From the NCBI GenBank assembly GCA_050261175.1, contig JBLNDA010000018.1, positions 21,510 to 85,509 on the forward strand: 64,000 bases of DNA, read 5' to 3'. Each line of letters starts with the position of its first letter. Position 1 is the first letter of the stretch. The position numbers and the translations under genes were made by a program. A model generated the notes under the pieces. That model saw nothing but the letters and a program-made list of their open reading frames with translations, was not told the DNA's origin and searched no databases. The stretch is from Clostridia bacterium. Lineage in GTDB: Bacteria > Bacillota > SHA-98 > UBA4971. Of this stretch, positions 17,760 to 26,722 are shown in pieces.

Positions 17760-19034
17760 GTGAAACTCGTAATCGCCGGCTCAAGACCGCTTTCTGGCGC
17801 CGTGCAAGTTGCGGGCGCAAAAAACGCCGCGCTGAAGATCATGGCCGCTTCTCTCCTGGCCGGGGGCGTATGCCGGCTCTCAAACGTCCCCCGGATCACC
17901 GACGTCGACACGATGATGGGGGTGCTTCGCGGGCTTGGCGCCCGGGTCGACGCGCGTCCGGACGGAAGCGTCATCAGCATTGACCCTTCAGGAGTGGACC
18001 GGTATGAACCCCCGGAGGAACTCGTGAAGGAGATGCGCGCGTCGATACAGGTCATGGGCCCTCTCCTTGCCCGTCTGGGGTACGTGCGCGCGAGGCAGCC
18101 CGGAGGCTGCAACATAGGCCCGCGCCCCATCGACCTGCATCTGAAGGGCTTTGCCGCATTGGGAGCGAAAATCACCGAGGAGCGCGGGTACGTGGAGGTG
18201 CGCGCGGAGAAGCTCAAAGGCGCGGAGCTCCTGCTCGACATCCCGAGCGTCGGCGCGACCGAGAACATCATGATGGCGGCATGCTTGGCCGATGGGACCA
18301 CGGTCATCAGGAACGCCGCGCGTGAGCCGGAGATCGTCGACCAGCAGAACTTCCTGAACCGGCTTGGTGCGAGGGTCCGGGGGGCCGGCACCGACACCAT
18401 CAGGATCGAGGGAGTGGAATGCCTGGGAGCCACAGACTACGCGGTCATTCCTGACAGGATCGAGGCCGGAACGTTCATGGTGGCGTGCGCCATGACGGGA
18501 GGAATGGCACGCATAGAGAATGTCATCGCCGAGCACGTCCACGCCCTTATCGCGAAGCTGCGCGAGACGGGGGCAGAGATCGCGGAAGGGGACTCGTACG
18601 TGGTGGTGAGGGGCCCGCAGCGCCTTCGGGCGGCGAGCGTCCGGACTCTGCCCTATCCGGGTTTCCCCACGGACATGCAGCCGCAGTTCGTGGCGGCGAT
18701 GAGCGTGGCGGACGGAACGAGCGTCGTTACGGAGACGATCTTCCCGAACAGGTTCAGATACACGGAGGAACTCAGACGCATGGGGGCCAATATCAGGGTC
18801 GAGGGCCGCGTGGCGATAGTGCAGGGCGTCCCGGCGCTTTCAGGGGCGCACGTCGAGGCTCCTGATCTTCGCGGGGGCGCGGCTCTGATCTTGGCGGCGC
18901 TAGTTTCGGAGGGGACGACCGAAATCACGGGTGTGCATCACCTTGACAGAGGGTATGAGGATCTCCCCGGGAAGCTTGCGAAGCTGGGTGCCGCCATCGA
19001 AAGGGTTCCGACTTCAGAACGCCAGGTAGGATGA
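17760..19034 (+). CDS. murA: UDP-N-acetylglucosamine 1-carboxyvinyltransferase
   Basis: VAGAKNAALKIMAASLL, the active-site region PGGCNIGPRPIDLH, and FPTDMQPQF are present. GTG 17760 is preceded by GGAGGTG. Confidence 0.93.
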   Translation: MKLVIAGSRPLSGAVQVAGAKNAALKIMAASLLAGGVCRLSNVPRITDVDTMMGVLRGLGARVDARPDGSVISIDPSGVDRYEPPEELVKEMRASIQVMGPLLARLGYVRARQPGGCNIGPRPIDLHLKGFAALGAKITEERGYVEVRAEKLKGAELLLDIPSVGATENIMMAACLADGTTVIRNAAREPEIVDQQNFLNRLGARVRGAGTDTIRIEGVECLGATDYAVIPDRIEAGTFMVACAMTGGMARIENVIAEHVHALIAKLRETGAEIAEGDSYVVVRGPQRLRAASVRTLPYPGFPTDMQPQFVAAMSVADGTSVVTETIFPNRFRYTEELRRMGANIRVEGRVAIVQGVPALSGAHVEAPDLRGGAALILAALVSEGTTEITGVHHLDRGYEDLPGKLAKLGAAIERVPTSERQVG

Positions 19035-19047
19035 CGGGAGCAAATCC

Positions 19048-19851
19048 ATGGCTTGGAGAGTCAGGAGACCGCAGCCGGTCGAGGAGTCACTAGTCGGGGA
19101 AGAGAGCGCGTCCCGCCGGGTGGGGCATGGTGACGCGGCGCGCAGGTTCGTGCCCTATGCCTTCGTTCTGCTCCTTCTAGCAAGCGCGGGGTTCACTTTC
19201 CTGAGATCCGCGTACTTCCGGGTGGAGCACATCGATGTCCGCGGGCTCGCCAGCCTTTCGACGGAGGAGGTCGTTGTCGCGTGCGGCCTCGCGGAAGACC
19301 AGAACATCTTCGACGTTGATCTCCAGCGCCTCGCCTCGCGGGTGAAAGCCATTCCAAGGGTGGACAAGGTGCTCGTATCTCGGCGGCTTCCGTCCACCAT
19401 CGTTATCCAGGTGCAGGAGCGTGCCCCCGTCGCCGTGCTTCCGTACGCGGGGTACTTCGTCGAAGTGGACGGCGCGGGCACTGCAATAGGGCTCGAGGAG
19501 AGCTACCGGGCAAAGGAGCTCCCGCTCCTGACCGGGCTTATGCTGCGGTCCGTCAAGGTCGGCTATCCCGTGGACGCCCCGGAGCTTCCGTCGGCGCTCG
19601 CGATTGTGGCGACGCTGCCGGAGCACGTCCTCCAGAGGGTCTCCGAGATCAACTTCGACCAATCGCATGGCTTCTCCCTATACATGCAGTCGGGGGCCCA
19701 GGTGGTGTTGGGCAGAGGAACGGCTGAAGAGCTCAAATCCCGTGCGGTGGTGCTTGAAGCGCTGCTCGCAAGGCTCGAGGACGAGGGCAGGTATGCGACG
19801 TACATCGACGTTAGGTTCGAAAAACGGCCGGTCGTGAGGACCAGGAGATAG
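19048..19851 (+). CDS. divIB: Cell division protein DivIB/FtsQ (POTRA domain)
   Basis: It sits upstream of ftsA. It has a single TM (FVPYAFVLLLLASAGF) followed by a POTRA-like block FRVEHIDVRGLASLSTEEV and the FtsQ beta domain. Confidence 0.82.
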   Translation: MAWRVRRPQPVEESLVGEESASRRVGHGDAARRFVPYAFVLLLLASAGFTFLRSAYFRVEHIDVRGLASLSTEEVVVACGLAEDQNIFDVDLQRLASRVKAIPRVDKVLVSRRLPSTIVIQVQERAPVAVLPYAGYFVEVDGAGTAIGLEESYRAKELPLLTGLMLRSVKVGYPVDAPELPSALAIVATLPEHVLQRVSEINFDQSHGFSLYMQSGAQVVLGRGTAEELKSRAVVLEALLARLEDEGRYATYIDVRFEKRPVVRTRR

Positions 19852-19930
19852 TGACAAGCGTTCCGGGAGGTGTATAATTGACGTAGAGTCCCTCGCAGGG
19901 GCGCATCGGTGCTTTCCAGGGGGAGAGAGC

Positions 19931-20653
19931 TTGAGGAGAGTGCGGGACTTCGAGGTTTACGTAGCCGGGGTCTGTGTAGTCCTTGGTGTCTTGCTCGTGG
20001 CCCAGTTCCGGACACAGGAATACATCGGGCGCGCCCAGATTCCGTCCAGGAGACTCGAGGACCTGAGCGACATGTTGCGGAGGTCCGATGCCGAGCGAAG
20101 TCTCCTGGAGAAGGAGGTCAACACCCTCCGTAAGCAACTAGCCGCGGTGGGAGAAGGCGAGCGAGCAAACGAAGCCCTGAGTCTCGAGCTTGCGAAGGCG
20201 CGCATGGCGGCCGGGCTGGTTGAGGTTGAGGGGCCCGGCGTCATCGTGACGGTGGACGACAGCAAGCGGCAGGCTGCGCCCGGTGAGAGCCCCGAGCTTT
20301 TCCTTGTACACGACGAAGACCTCCTAAAGATCGTGAACGAGCTCTTCGCGGCCGGCGCTGAGGCCATTTCCATCAACGGCCAGCGGGTGATCGCTACCAC
20401 TGAGATAAGGTGCGCCGGCCCCGTGGTCTCCGTAAACAACGTGAGAATAGGGCCTCCGTATGAGATAGTGGCCATCGGCGAGCCTGCCACGCTTGACGCG
20501 GCGCTGCACATGCGCGACGGCATCCTCGACACGCTAAGGGCTTGGGGAATCGAGGCGAAAGTGACGAGGATGACCGGCGTGCGGGTACCCGCATACAAGG
20601 GGAGCCTTTACTTCCAGTATGCGAAGCCGGTGACGGAAGGAGCGCAGAAGTAA
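19931..20653 (+). CDS. DUF881-family protein (YlxW/YlxX-like)
   Basis: It has an N-terminal TM, a coiled coil, and the conserved GPGVIVTVDD...DLLKIVNELFAAGAEAISINGQRV block. It occupies the same slot as B. subtilis ylxW/ylxX between divIB and sbp. Confidence 0.85.
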   Translation: MRRVRDFEVYVAGVCVVLGVLLVAQFRTQEYIGRAQIPSRRLEDLSDMLRRSDAERSLLEKEVNTLRKQLAAVGEGERANEALSLELAKARMAAGLVEVEGPGVIVTVDDSKRQAAPGESPELFLVHDEDLLKIVNELFAAGAEAISINGQRVIATTEIRCAGPVVSVNNVRIGPPYEIVAIGEPATLDAALHMRDGILDTLRAWGIEAKVTRMTGVRVPAYKGSLYFQYAKPVTEGAQK

Positions 20654-21021
20654 TGCTACCGGTCTTTGGCCTTGTTCTGGGAATCATCATCGCACTGCTC
20701 ACACCGGTGAGGTTCCCGGCCGTCTATTCGGACTACATGGCCGTCGGGATCCTGGCGGCACTCGACAGCGTGTGCGGTGGCATCCGCGCGGGCCTGGAGG
20801 ACAGGTTCGACAGGGTCGTGTTCATCTCGGGTTTTGTGACCAACATGGCGCTCGCCGCGTGCCTGACGCTGGTCGGAGACAAGCTCGGAGTCGACCTTTT
20901 CCTCGGGGCGACGGTAGCGTTCAGCATCAGGATATTCACCAACGTCGGGATGATCCGCCGTTATCTCCTGCAGAGGGGGTCCCGGCCCTCCGGCGCCCGA
21001 TCGCGGAATTCCCAGGTATGA
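20653..21021 (+). CDS. sbp: Small basic protein Sbp (DUF1290)
   Basis: MLPVFGLVLGIIIALLTPVRFP...DSVCGGIRAGLEDRFD...FISGFVTN matches over its full length. The ATG overlaps the DUF881 stop (TAATG). The upstream part of track ORF 20542..21021 is out of context. Confidence 0.85.
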   Translation: MLPVFGLVLGIIIALLTPVRFPAVYSDYMAVGILAALDSVCGGIRAGLEDRFDRVVFISGFVTNMALAACLTLVGDKLGVDLFLGATVAFSIRIFTNVGMIRRYLLQRGSRPSGARSRNSQV

Positions 21022-21221
21022 GCGGCTGCAAAGAGGAGATACGGCAAGTACGTTGAAGTGTACATAGATTTGCGGATTCGTGCGGGTCAGGCAGCGATCG
21101 GCCGGGTTTCTCCGCTCCGGGGACGGTGAGACGGGGAGAGGCGTCCTGGGAAAAACCGCTGCCAAACATGGTCCTGCCGCAAGGTCGAGCAGACCGGCGA
21201 GCCCGCTTGGGGAGGTACGAC

Positions 21222-22523
21222 ATGCCTGGTAGAAACTTAGTGGCCGGGCTCGACATAGGTAGCACTAGGGTGTCAGAGGTCATCGCAGTGGTCGGGCCCG
21301 ACTGGGGCGTGGAGATGGTCGCGGCGGGGGTTGCGCCCTGCCAAGGCCTTCGCCGTGGTGTGGTAGTCGACATCGACGCCGTGGCGGAGGCGATAAGGAC
21401 CGCCAACAAGCGAGCGTGCCACATGGCGGGGTTCAATGTTCGAAGCGTGTGCGTGGGAGTGCCGGCGGTTCACACCGTCTGCCGAGAGACGCGAGGTGTC
21501 GCCGCGGTGAGCGGCGAAGACGGCACTATCACCGCCGAAGACATGAGGCGCGCCCTGGATGCGGCGAAGGTGCTGGCCGTCCCGCCCGATCGCGGGATAG
21601 TCTCCGTGCTGCCTAGAGAGTACATCGTGGACGGGGTCGGCGGGATAAGGAACCCGGAGGGGATGACCGGCGTGCGACTGGAGGTCGACGCCGCGGTGAT
21701 TATGGGGCAAGCCGCCTCGCTGGCGAACATCGAGGCGGGCGTTGAGAAGGCGGGGCTCGCGGTCGCCGGGTGGATCCTTGAACCCATGGCGACCGCCGAT
21801 GCCGTTCTGGACGCCGAAGAGCGTGAACGGGGCGTCATCCTCGTGGACGTCGGAGGACAGATCACGCAGATAGCCGCGTTCTACGAAGGGGCGCCCATCC
21901 TGTTTTCGTGGGTGCCCGCGGGCGGCGTGCACATCACGAACGACATCGCGATAGGAATGAAAGTCCCTCTCGAGCAGGCGGAGACCCTGAAGAGGGGAAT
22001 GGGCCAGAGAGGGGCGGGGCGGGGACCGCATGCGGGGTCGTCGATGCGCGAGGCGGCGGTGGGGCCGCGGGGGGCGGCCCAGCAGCGAAAGCAGCCCCAG
22101 GGGTCGCAGGCGCAGGCCGCGTCGCGCTTGCCTTCGGACGAAGACGGTTTCCTCGAGAGGATCGTCGAAGCGAGGCTACGGGAGATCCTCGAACTCGTGG
22201 ATGTGGAGACCAGGCAGGTCAGGGGGAAGGGCCTCGCCCCGTGCGGGGTCGTGTTCACCGGGGGCGGCTCACTCGTGCCGGGCATCCTGGACCTCGCCAG
22301 CGAGATCCTGGGTGTTCCCGCGCGGATGGGCGCGCCTTTTGACGTGAAATGGCGCGGCGGCAGGGAGCCCGCTGAGGTTTCCGCCGTAGCACTCGGCATG
22401 GTGGCGCAGATCGTGAACGATTCGGCCTCCGGGCTGTTCAGGGAGACGAAGCCGTCGCCAATCAGGGAACTGCTGGCCGGGGTTCGCGGATGGTTCAGTG
22501 ATTTCGTGAAGGACTTCTTCTAA
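21222..22523 (+). CDS. ftsA: Cell division protein FtsA (with a ~45-aa low-complexity insertion)
   Basis: It has the actin-like N-terminus [26 protein letters not shown] and [15 protein letters not shown] 21222 follows GGGGAGG. Confidence 0.92.
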   Translation: MPGRNLVAGLDIGSTRVSEVIAVVGPDWGVEMVAAGVAPCQGLRRGVVVDIDAVAEAIRTANKRACHMAGFNVRSVCVGVPAVHTVCRETRGVAAVSGEDGTITAEDMRRALDAAKVLAVPPDRGIVSVLPREYIVDGVGGIRNPEGMTGVRLEVDAAVIMGQAASLANIEAGVEKAGLAVAGWILEPMATADAVLDAEERERGVILVDVGGQITQIAAFYEGAPILFSWVPAGGVHITNDIAIGMKVPLEQAETLKRGMGQRGAGRGPHAGSSMREAAVGPRGAAQQRKQPQGSQAQAASRLPSDEDGFLERIVEARLREILELVDVETRQVRGKGLAPCGVVFTGGGSLVPGILDLASEILGVPARMGAPFDVKWRGGREPAEVSAVALGMVAQIVNDSASGLFRETKPSPIRELLAGVRGWFSDFVKDFF

Positions 22524-22633
22524 TCGGAAATCAAGCGAGACCCGCTCGGCTAGTATGGCGCGGCCTTCAGGGGGCCGCAGCGGGCCGCGGGGAGGACGGC
22601 GGGCGCAGCGGCGCAGCGCAGGAGGGATGGTTT

Positions 22634-23695
22634 GTGTTCAACCTTGAGCTTGAGATGGAGCAGTTCACCAACATAAAAGTGGTGGGCGTCGGTGGCGGGG
22701 GGTCCAACGCGGTGAACCGCATGATCGCTTCCGGGCTGTCAGGCGTCGAGTTCGTGGCCATAAACACCGATGCTCAAGCCCTCGCCGCGTCTGATGCGAA
22801 CGTCAAGATCCAGGTCGGGGAGAAGCTCACCAAGGGTCTCGGCGCGGGGTCGAACCCTGAAATCGGCGCTCAGGCGGCCCAGGAAAGCTACGAAGTGCTT
22901 CGCCGCGCGCTGGAGGGTGCTGACATGGTCTTCATCACTGCTGGGATGGGGGGCGGCACCGGCACGGGCGGGGCGCCCGTGGTCGCGGGCATAGCCAAGG
23001 AGCTCGGCGCCCTCACCGTGGGAGTGGTGACAAAGCCCTTCTCGTTCGAGGGGCGGAGGCGCATGACGCAGGCGCTCGCGGGGCTGGATAACCTCAAGTC
23101 CAAGGTGGACGCACTGATAGTGATCCCCAACGACAGGCTCCTTCAGGTAAGCGAGAAAAAGACGTCCATACTCGAAGCGTTCCGCCTCGCCGACGACGTC
23201 CTCAGACACGGGGTCCAGGGCATATCAGACCTCATCACCGTGCCGGGGCTCATAAACGTGGACTTCGCGGATGTCCGGACCATCATGAGCGATGCGGGCT
23301 CGGCTCTCATGGGCATCGGCGTCGCATCCGGTGAAAACCGCGCTCAGGAGGCTGCGAGAGCGGCAATCGAGAGCCCGCTGCTCGAGACGTCTATCGAGGG
23401 TGCGAAGGGCGTGCTGATGAACATCACCGGCAACAGCACGCTCGGGCTGTTCGAGGTGAACGAAGCGGCCGAGATCATCGCCCAGGCGGCGGACCCGGAC
23501 GCGAACATCATCTTCGGGGCCATGATCGATGAAGCGCTCAAGGATGAAATCAGGATCACGGTCATCGCCACCGGTTTCGAAGCGAGGGCGCGCCATCAGA
23601 AAGTGGGGCTCGACGAGGTGGAGATAAGCGATTTCGCGACGACCAGCGACGATCTGGACATCCCCGCGTTCTTGAGACGCGGACAGAGAAAGTGA
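22634..23695 (+). CDS. ftsZ: Cell division GTPase FtsZ
   Basis: [17 protein letters not shown], the tubulin signature [11 protein letters not shown], and the C-terminal [11 protein letters not shown] peptide are present. Confidence 0.98.
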   Translation: MFNLELEMEQFTNIKVVGVGGGGSNAVNRMIASGLSGVEFVAINTDAQALAASDANVKIQVGEKLTKGLGAGSNPEIGAQAAQESYEVLRRALEGADMVFITAGMGGGTGTGGAPVVAGIAKELGALTVGVVTKPFSFEGRRRMTQALAGLDNLKSKVDALIVIPNDRLLQVSEKKTSILEAFRLADDVLRHGVQGISDLITVPGLINVDFADVRTIMSDAGSALMGIGVASGENRAQEAARAAIESPLLETSIEGAKGVLMNITGNSTLGLFEVNEAAEIIAQAADPDANIIFGAMIDEALKDEIRITVIATGFEARARHQKVGLDEVEISDFATTSDDLDIPAFLRRGQRK

Positions 23696-23762
23696 TGCGT
23701 ACGCGATGCCTGGGCTCCGGCTGACGCGCCCGGGCGCACACAAGATGGAGTGGCTTCCGCAA

Positions 23763-23792
23763 GATGAGCCCCGGCATGCGCTGGGGCTCATC
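23763..23792 (+). terminator. Strong hairpin after ftsZ (terminator-like, no U-tract)
   Basis: GATGAGCCCC-ggcatgcgct-GGGGCTCATC forms a perfect 10-bp stem 68 nt after the ftsZ stop. The tail, CTCGTCACC, is not T-rich. Confidence 0.45.
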
Positions 23793-23802
23793 CTCGTCAC
23801 CG

Positions 23803-23836
23803 TGTGACATATTTCTGCTGGGCATGGCTGTATACT
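23803..23836 (+). promoter_or_regulatory. Candidate spoIIG-type promoter with over-long spacer
   Basis: tGTGACA (-35-like) and TATACT (-10-like) are separated by 21-22 bp. This mirrors the unusual 22-bp spacing of the Spo0A~P-dependent B. subtilis spoIIG promoter. No perfect TGNCGAA 0A box was seen. Confidence 0.35.
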
Positions 23837-23965
23837 TTTAAGGAGGAAGGGATGGCCGAGAGAGGAAAGATGCGCCACGAGAGGTCCAACCGAGACCTGT
23901 GGGCGCTGGGCGGCGGGGGGCGGCGACGCCCAGGCGGGGTGGGATGAGCCCGGGAGGCGGACGAG

Positions 23966-24844
23966 ATGAACGGTCAGGTGATCGTGAACGCCTGCGTGAT
24001 GACGCTGGTAATGCAGTGGTTGACGCTGTGGGCCACCGCGGCCGTGCTGGGCTTCAGGGCGAGGCATCCGAGGCTCCTGGCAGGGTCAGCCGCGGCCGGA
24101 GCCATTGATGCGGCGATCATAGCGATGTTCTTCGCAGACTTCATCCCCGTCGGGGCGGCGGTACCTCTCGCAGTCCTCTCAATCATCCCGGCCGCGAGAG
24201 TGGCGTTCGGGCGCCTGCCGCTCGGAAGGTTCCTGCTGGTGTGTGCGCACGTCCTGGGCATCAGCATGCTCGCTTTCGGCGGGGCGCTGGCGAGCGCGTA
24301 CCTCACCGGCTGGCGCCTGGTGCCGACGCTCATTGGGCTTGCGGGGACCGTCCTCTTGACCGCCGAGGTAGGTTGGGGTCTCGTCCATCGCAGGATCCGG
24401 GACTGGCTCCTCTTCGTGCCGATAGAGGTCCGCCTCGGCGATGTGACCCTGAAGCTCGACGCTCTCATCGACACGGGGAACCGGTTGAGAGACCCGATTA
24501 CCGGGTCTCCCGTGATCCTTCTCGAATACGGCGCGGTCGCCGACGTGCTGCCGGAGCGGGTGAGACGGGCGTTCATGGCTTTTGATGCCGGCGACTTCGG
24601 GCTCGTCTCCGAGCTCCTGGCCGACTCCAAGTGGCTGTCCAGGTTTCGCGTGATCCCGTTCGTGTCGGTGGGGGAGGAGAGGGGATTGCTCGCCGGGCTC
24701 CGAGCGGATGAGGTCAGGGTCTTCGGTGGATCGCGGGTGACTTCGAGCCGGAACGCCGTGGTTGGAGTGATGATGAGGCGCGTCTCGCCTGAAGGAGCTT
24801 TTGCCGCGCTCCTTCATCCCGATATCCTGGCCGAGGCGTCCTGA
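23966..24844 (+). CDS. spoIIGA: Sigma-E processing peptidase SpoIIGA
   Basis: It has a polytopic N-terminal half and a C-terminal aspartic-protease motif [17 protein letters not shown]. It lies immediately upstream of sigE. Confidence 0.9.
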   Translation: MNGQVIVNACVMTLVMQWLTLWATAAVLGFRARHPRLLAGSAAAGAIDAAIIAMFFADFIPVGAAVPLAVLSIIPAARVAFGRLPLGRFLLVCAHVLGISMLAFGGALASAYLTGWRLVPTLIGLAGTVLLTAEVGWGLVHRRIRDWLLFVPIEVRLGDVTLKLDALIDTGNRLRDPITGSPVILLEYGAVADVLPERVRRAFMAFDAGDFGLVSELLADSKWLSRFRVIPFVSVGEERGLLAGLRADEVRVFGGSRVTSSRNAVVGVMMRRVSPEGAFAALLHPDILAEAS

Positions 24845-24908
24845 GCAGGGCTCGCCATGCGGGCGCTATCGCCGCGGCGGTGCCAGTACCGTCCGGGAGG
24901 GGACCAGG

Positions 24909-25649
24909 ATGAGCATTGGCTTGCATCTGAGGCACCGGCTGTCCGCTCTGAGGATCGGCCTCGTGCTTTACGCCATAAGGCGCGGGTTCATCTCGGGCCA
25001 TGTCGTGCTCTACGTGGGCAACGGCGAGGTCCTCCCGCCCCCGCTTTCCAGCGACGAGGAGAGCGCGCTCTTGGCCAGGCTCGAGCGGGGCGAGTCTCAG
25101 GTCAAGAGCGAACTCATTGAGAGAAACCTCAGGCTGGTGGTGTACATCGCGCGGAAGTTCGAGAACACGGGGATTGGCGTCGAGGACTTGGTGTCCATCG
25201 GGACGATAGGCCTCATCAAGGCTGTCAACACGTTCGACCCGTCGAAAAGGATCAAGCTCGCCACTTACGCCTCGCGGTGCATCGAGAACGAGATTCTCAT
25301 GTACCTTCGCCGTACCAGCAAGTCCAGGGCGGAAGTCTCGTTCGACGAGCCGCTCAACGTGGACTGGGACGGTAGCGAGCTCCTGCTTTCAGACGTCATG
25401 GGGACGGACACGGACGTAGTGTACAAGTGCATCGAGGAGAAAGTCGATAGATCGCTCCTCGACGACGCCATGAAGAGGCTGTCCGCGAGGGAGAAGTGCA
25501 TCATGGAGCTGAGGTTCGGCCTTCGCGACGGGACGGAGAAGACCCAGAAGGAGGTGGCGGATCTTCTCGGCATTTCCCAATCGTACATCTCCCGGCTGGA
25601 AAAGCGGATCATCCGGAAGCTTCGCAGGGAGATGAGGAAGGTGGAATAG
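24909..25649 (+). CDS. sigE: Sporulation sigma factor SigE (pro-sigma-E)
   Basis: It has a hydrophobic pro-sequence, then [17 protein letters not shown], region 2 ([48 protein letters not shown]) and region 4.2 ([21 protein letters not shown]). ATG 24909 follows GGGAGGGG. Confidence 0.95.
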   Translation: MSIGLHLRHRLSALRIGLVLYAIRRGFISGHVVLYVGNGEVLPPPLSSDEESALLARLERGESQVKSELIERNLRLVVYIARKFENTGIGVEDLVSIGTIGLIKAVNTFDPSKRIKLATYASRCIENEILMYLRRTSKSRAEVSFDEPLNVDWDGSELLLSDVMGTDTDVVYKCIEEKVDRSLLDDAMKRLSAREKCIMELRFGLRDGTEKTQKEVADLLGISQSYISRLEKRIIRKLRREMRKVE

Positions 25650-25709
25650 AGACGCCAGGAATGACGCGCGAGGACCGCCGGATCCCCCGGGCTCCAGGTT
25701 CGGTAGGGG

Positions 25710-25737
25710 TTGACGGATGCGGCAAACAAGGTATAAC
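25710..25737 (+). promoter_or_regulatory. SigmaA-like promoter TTGACG-N16-TATAAC
   Basis: The hexamers are at 25710-25715 and 25732-25737, 60 nt after the sigE stop and ahead of the wHTH gene. Confidence 0.5.
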
Positions 25738-25760
25738 CTAGCGTTAGGACATCAGAAGGG

Positions 25761-25791
25761 ACGCTGGTACCCGTGTGCCAGCGTTTCTTGG
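25761..25791 (+). terminator. Hairpin + T-rich tail between the promoter and the wHTH gene (terminator/attenuator-like)
   Basis: ACGCTGG-tacccgtgtg-CCAGCGT is followed by TTCTTGG. It could be the sigE terminator or a leader attenuator. Confidence 0.4.
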
Positions 25792-25818
25792 AACGCAGCT
25801 TTTTGGTCTTTTGGGGGA

Positions 25819-26529
25819 ATGTTCGTGGGCTTGACAGAACGAAAGAGGGAATTCCTTGCGGCCTTGCGCAAGCTGTACGACGAACGGAAGGGTCCGGTCC
25901 ACTATGAAGACGTGGCAAGGGAAGTCGGTGTGAGCAAGTGGACGGCGTACGACATGCTCCGGAACCTCGCCGCGGACGGGCTGGTCGGGGTTGAGTACAC
26001 CTTGAACAGGCACGCAAGGACTCCGGGGAGGTCCATGGTGGTGTTTCGTCCGGACGAGTGCCGGGAAGACACGGGCACCGGGCGGGTGAAGCACTGCGGA
26101 CGCCCGCCTTTCGGTGAGGAACTCAATGGAATCAAGAAGAACCTCGTGGCGTCCCTCGCAGAACTGCGAGGCCCTGCATCTCAAGGCATCTGGCAGGGGT
26201 TCATGGAGAAGCTGGACCGAACGACCGGGCCGGCGGCGTTCTGTGGCTACATGGCTGTCCTTCTCGTCGCGTGCACGCGCCTTCTCGGAGGGAACAGCCT
26301 CGACGCTCTGGCGCGGCTCGTGGAAGCCGGCGCGGACGCTCACAGCGCCCTGCTGGTGTTCTCGGGGGCGATCATGGGGATGCTCGTTGCCCATCCCTCC
26401 GTGTCTCGGGATGTCACCGGGAAGATGGCGGGCTACATGAGGAGGTTTCAGGACCAAGTCGATAGCCTGAGCGGCCAGGAAAGAGGCCTGCTGCTCGAGT
26501 TCGTCAGGGAGATCGTGGGGCGCGCGTGA
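25819..26529 (+). CDS. DtxR/MntR-like winged-helix protein with unrecognised hydrophobic C-terminal domain
   Basis: The N-terminus FLAALRKLYDERKGPVHYEDVAREVGVSKWTAYDMLRNLAADGLV resembles DtxR-type HTH. The C-terminal ~170 aa contain two ~20-residue hydrophobic stretches (AAFCGYMAVLLVACTRLLGG and ALLVFSGAIMGMLVAHPSV). The start may be ATG 25819 or GTG 25825. Confidence 0.55.
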   Translation: MFVGLTERKREFLAALRKLYDERKGPVHYEDVAREVGVSKWTAYDMLRNLAADGLVGVEYTLNRHARTPGRSMVVFRPDECREDTGTGRVKHCGRPPFGEELNGIKKNLVASLAELRGPASQGIWQGFMEKLDRTTGPAAFCGYMAVLLVACTRLLGGNSLDALARLVEAGADAHSALLVFSGAIMGMLVAHPSVSRDVTGKMAGYMRRFQDQVDSLSGQERGLLLEFVREIVGRA

Positions 26530-26722
26530 CGAAGAAGACGAGGGCCGCGGGATGCGCCCGGCGAGCCGGCGAGACCGGCGCACGGCGAAACCCCGGGCAG
26601 GCGGCGGCTGGAGGAGGTGTTGCTTCGAAACGATCTCGGTCCCTTGGCAGGTGGCTGTGCGTCAGCGGAGCGTCCGGTGCGGGTTGAGTAACTCAATGAC
26701 GTCCCGGAAAGGAGGCTAAAGG

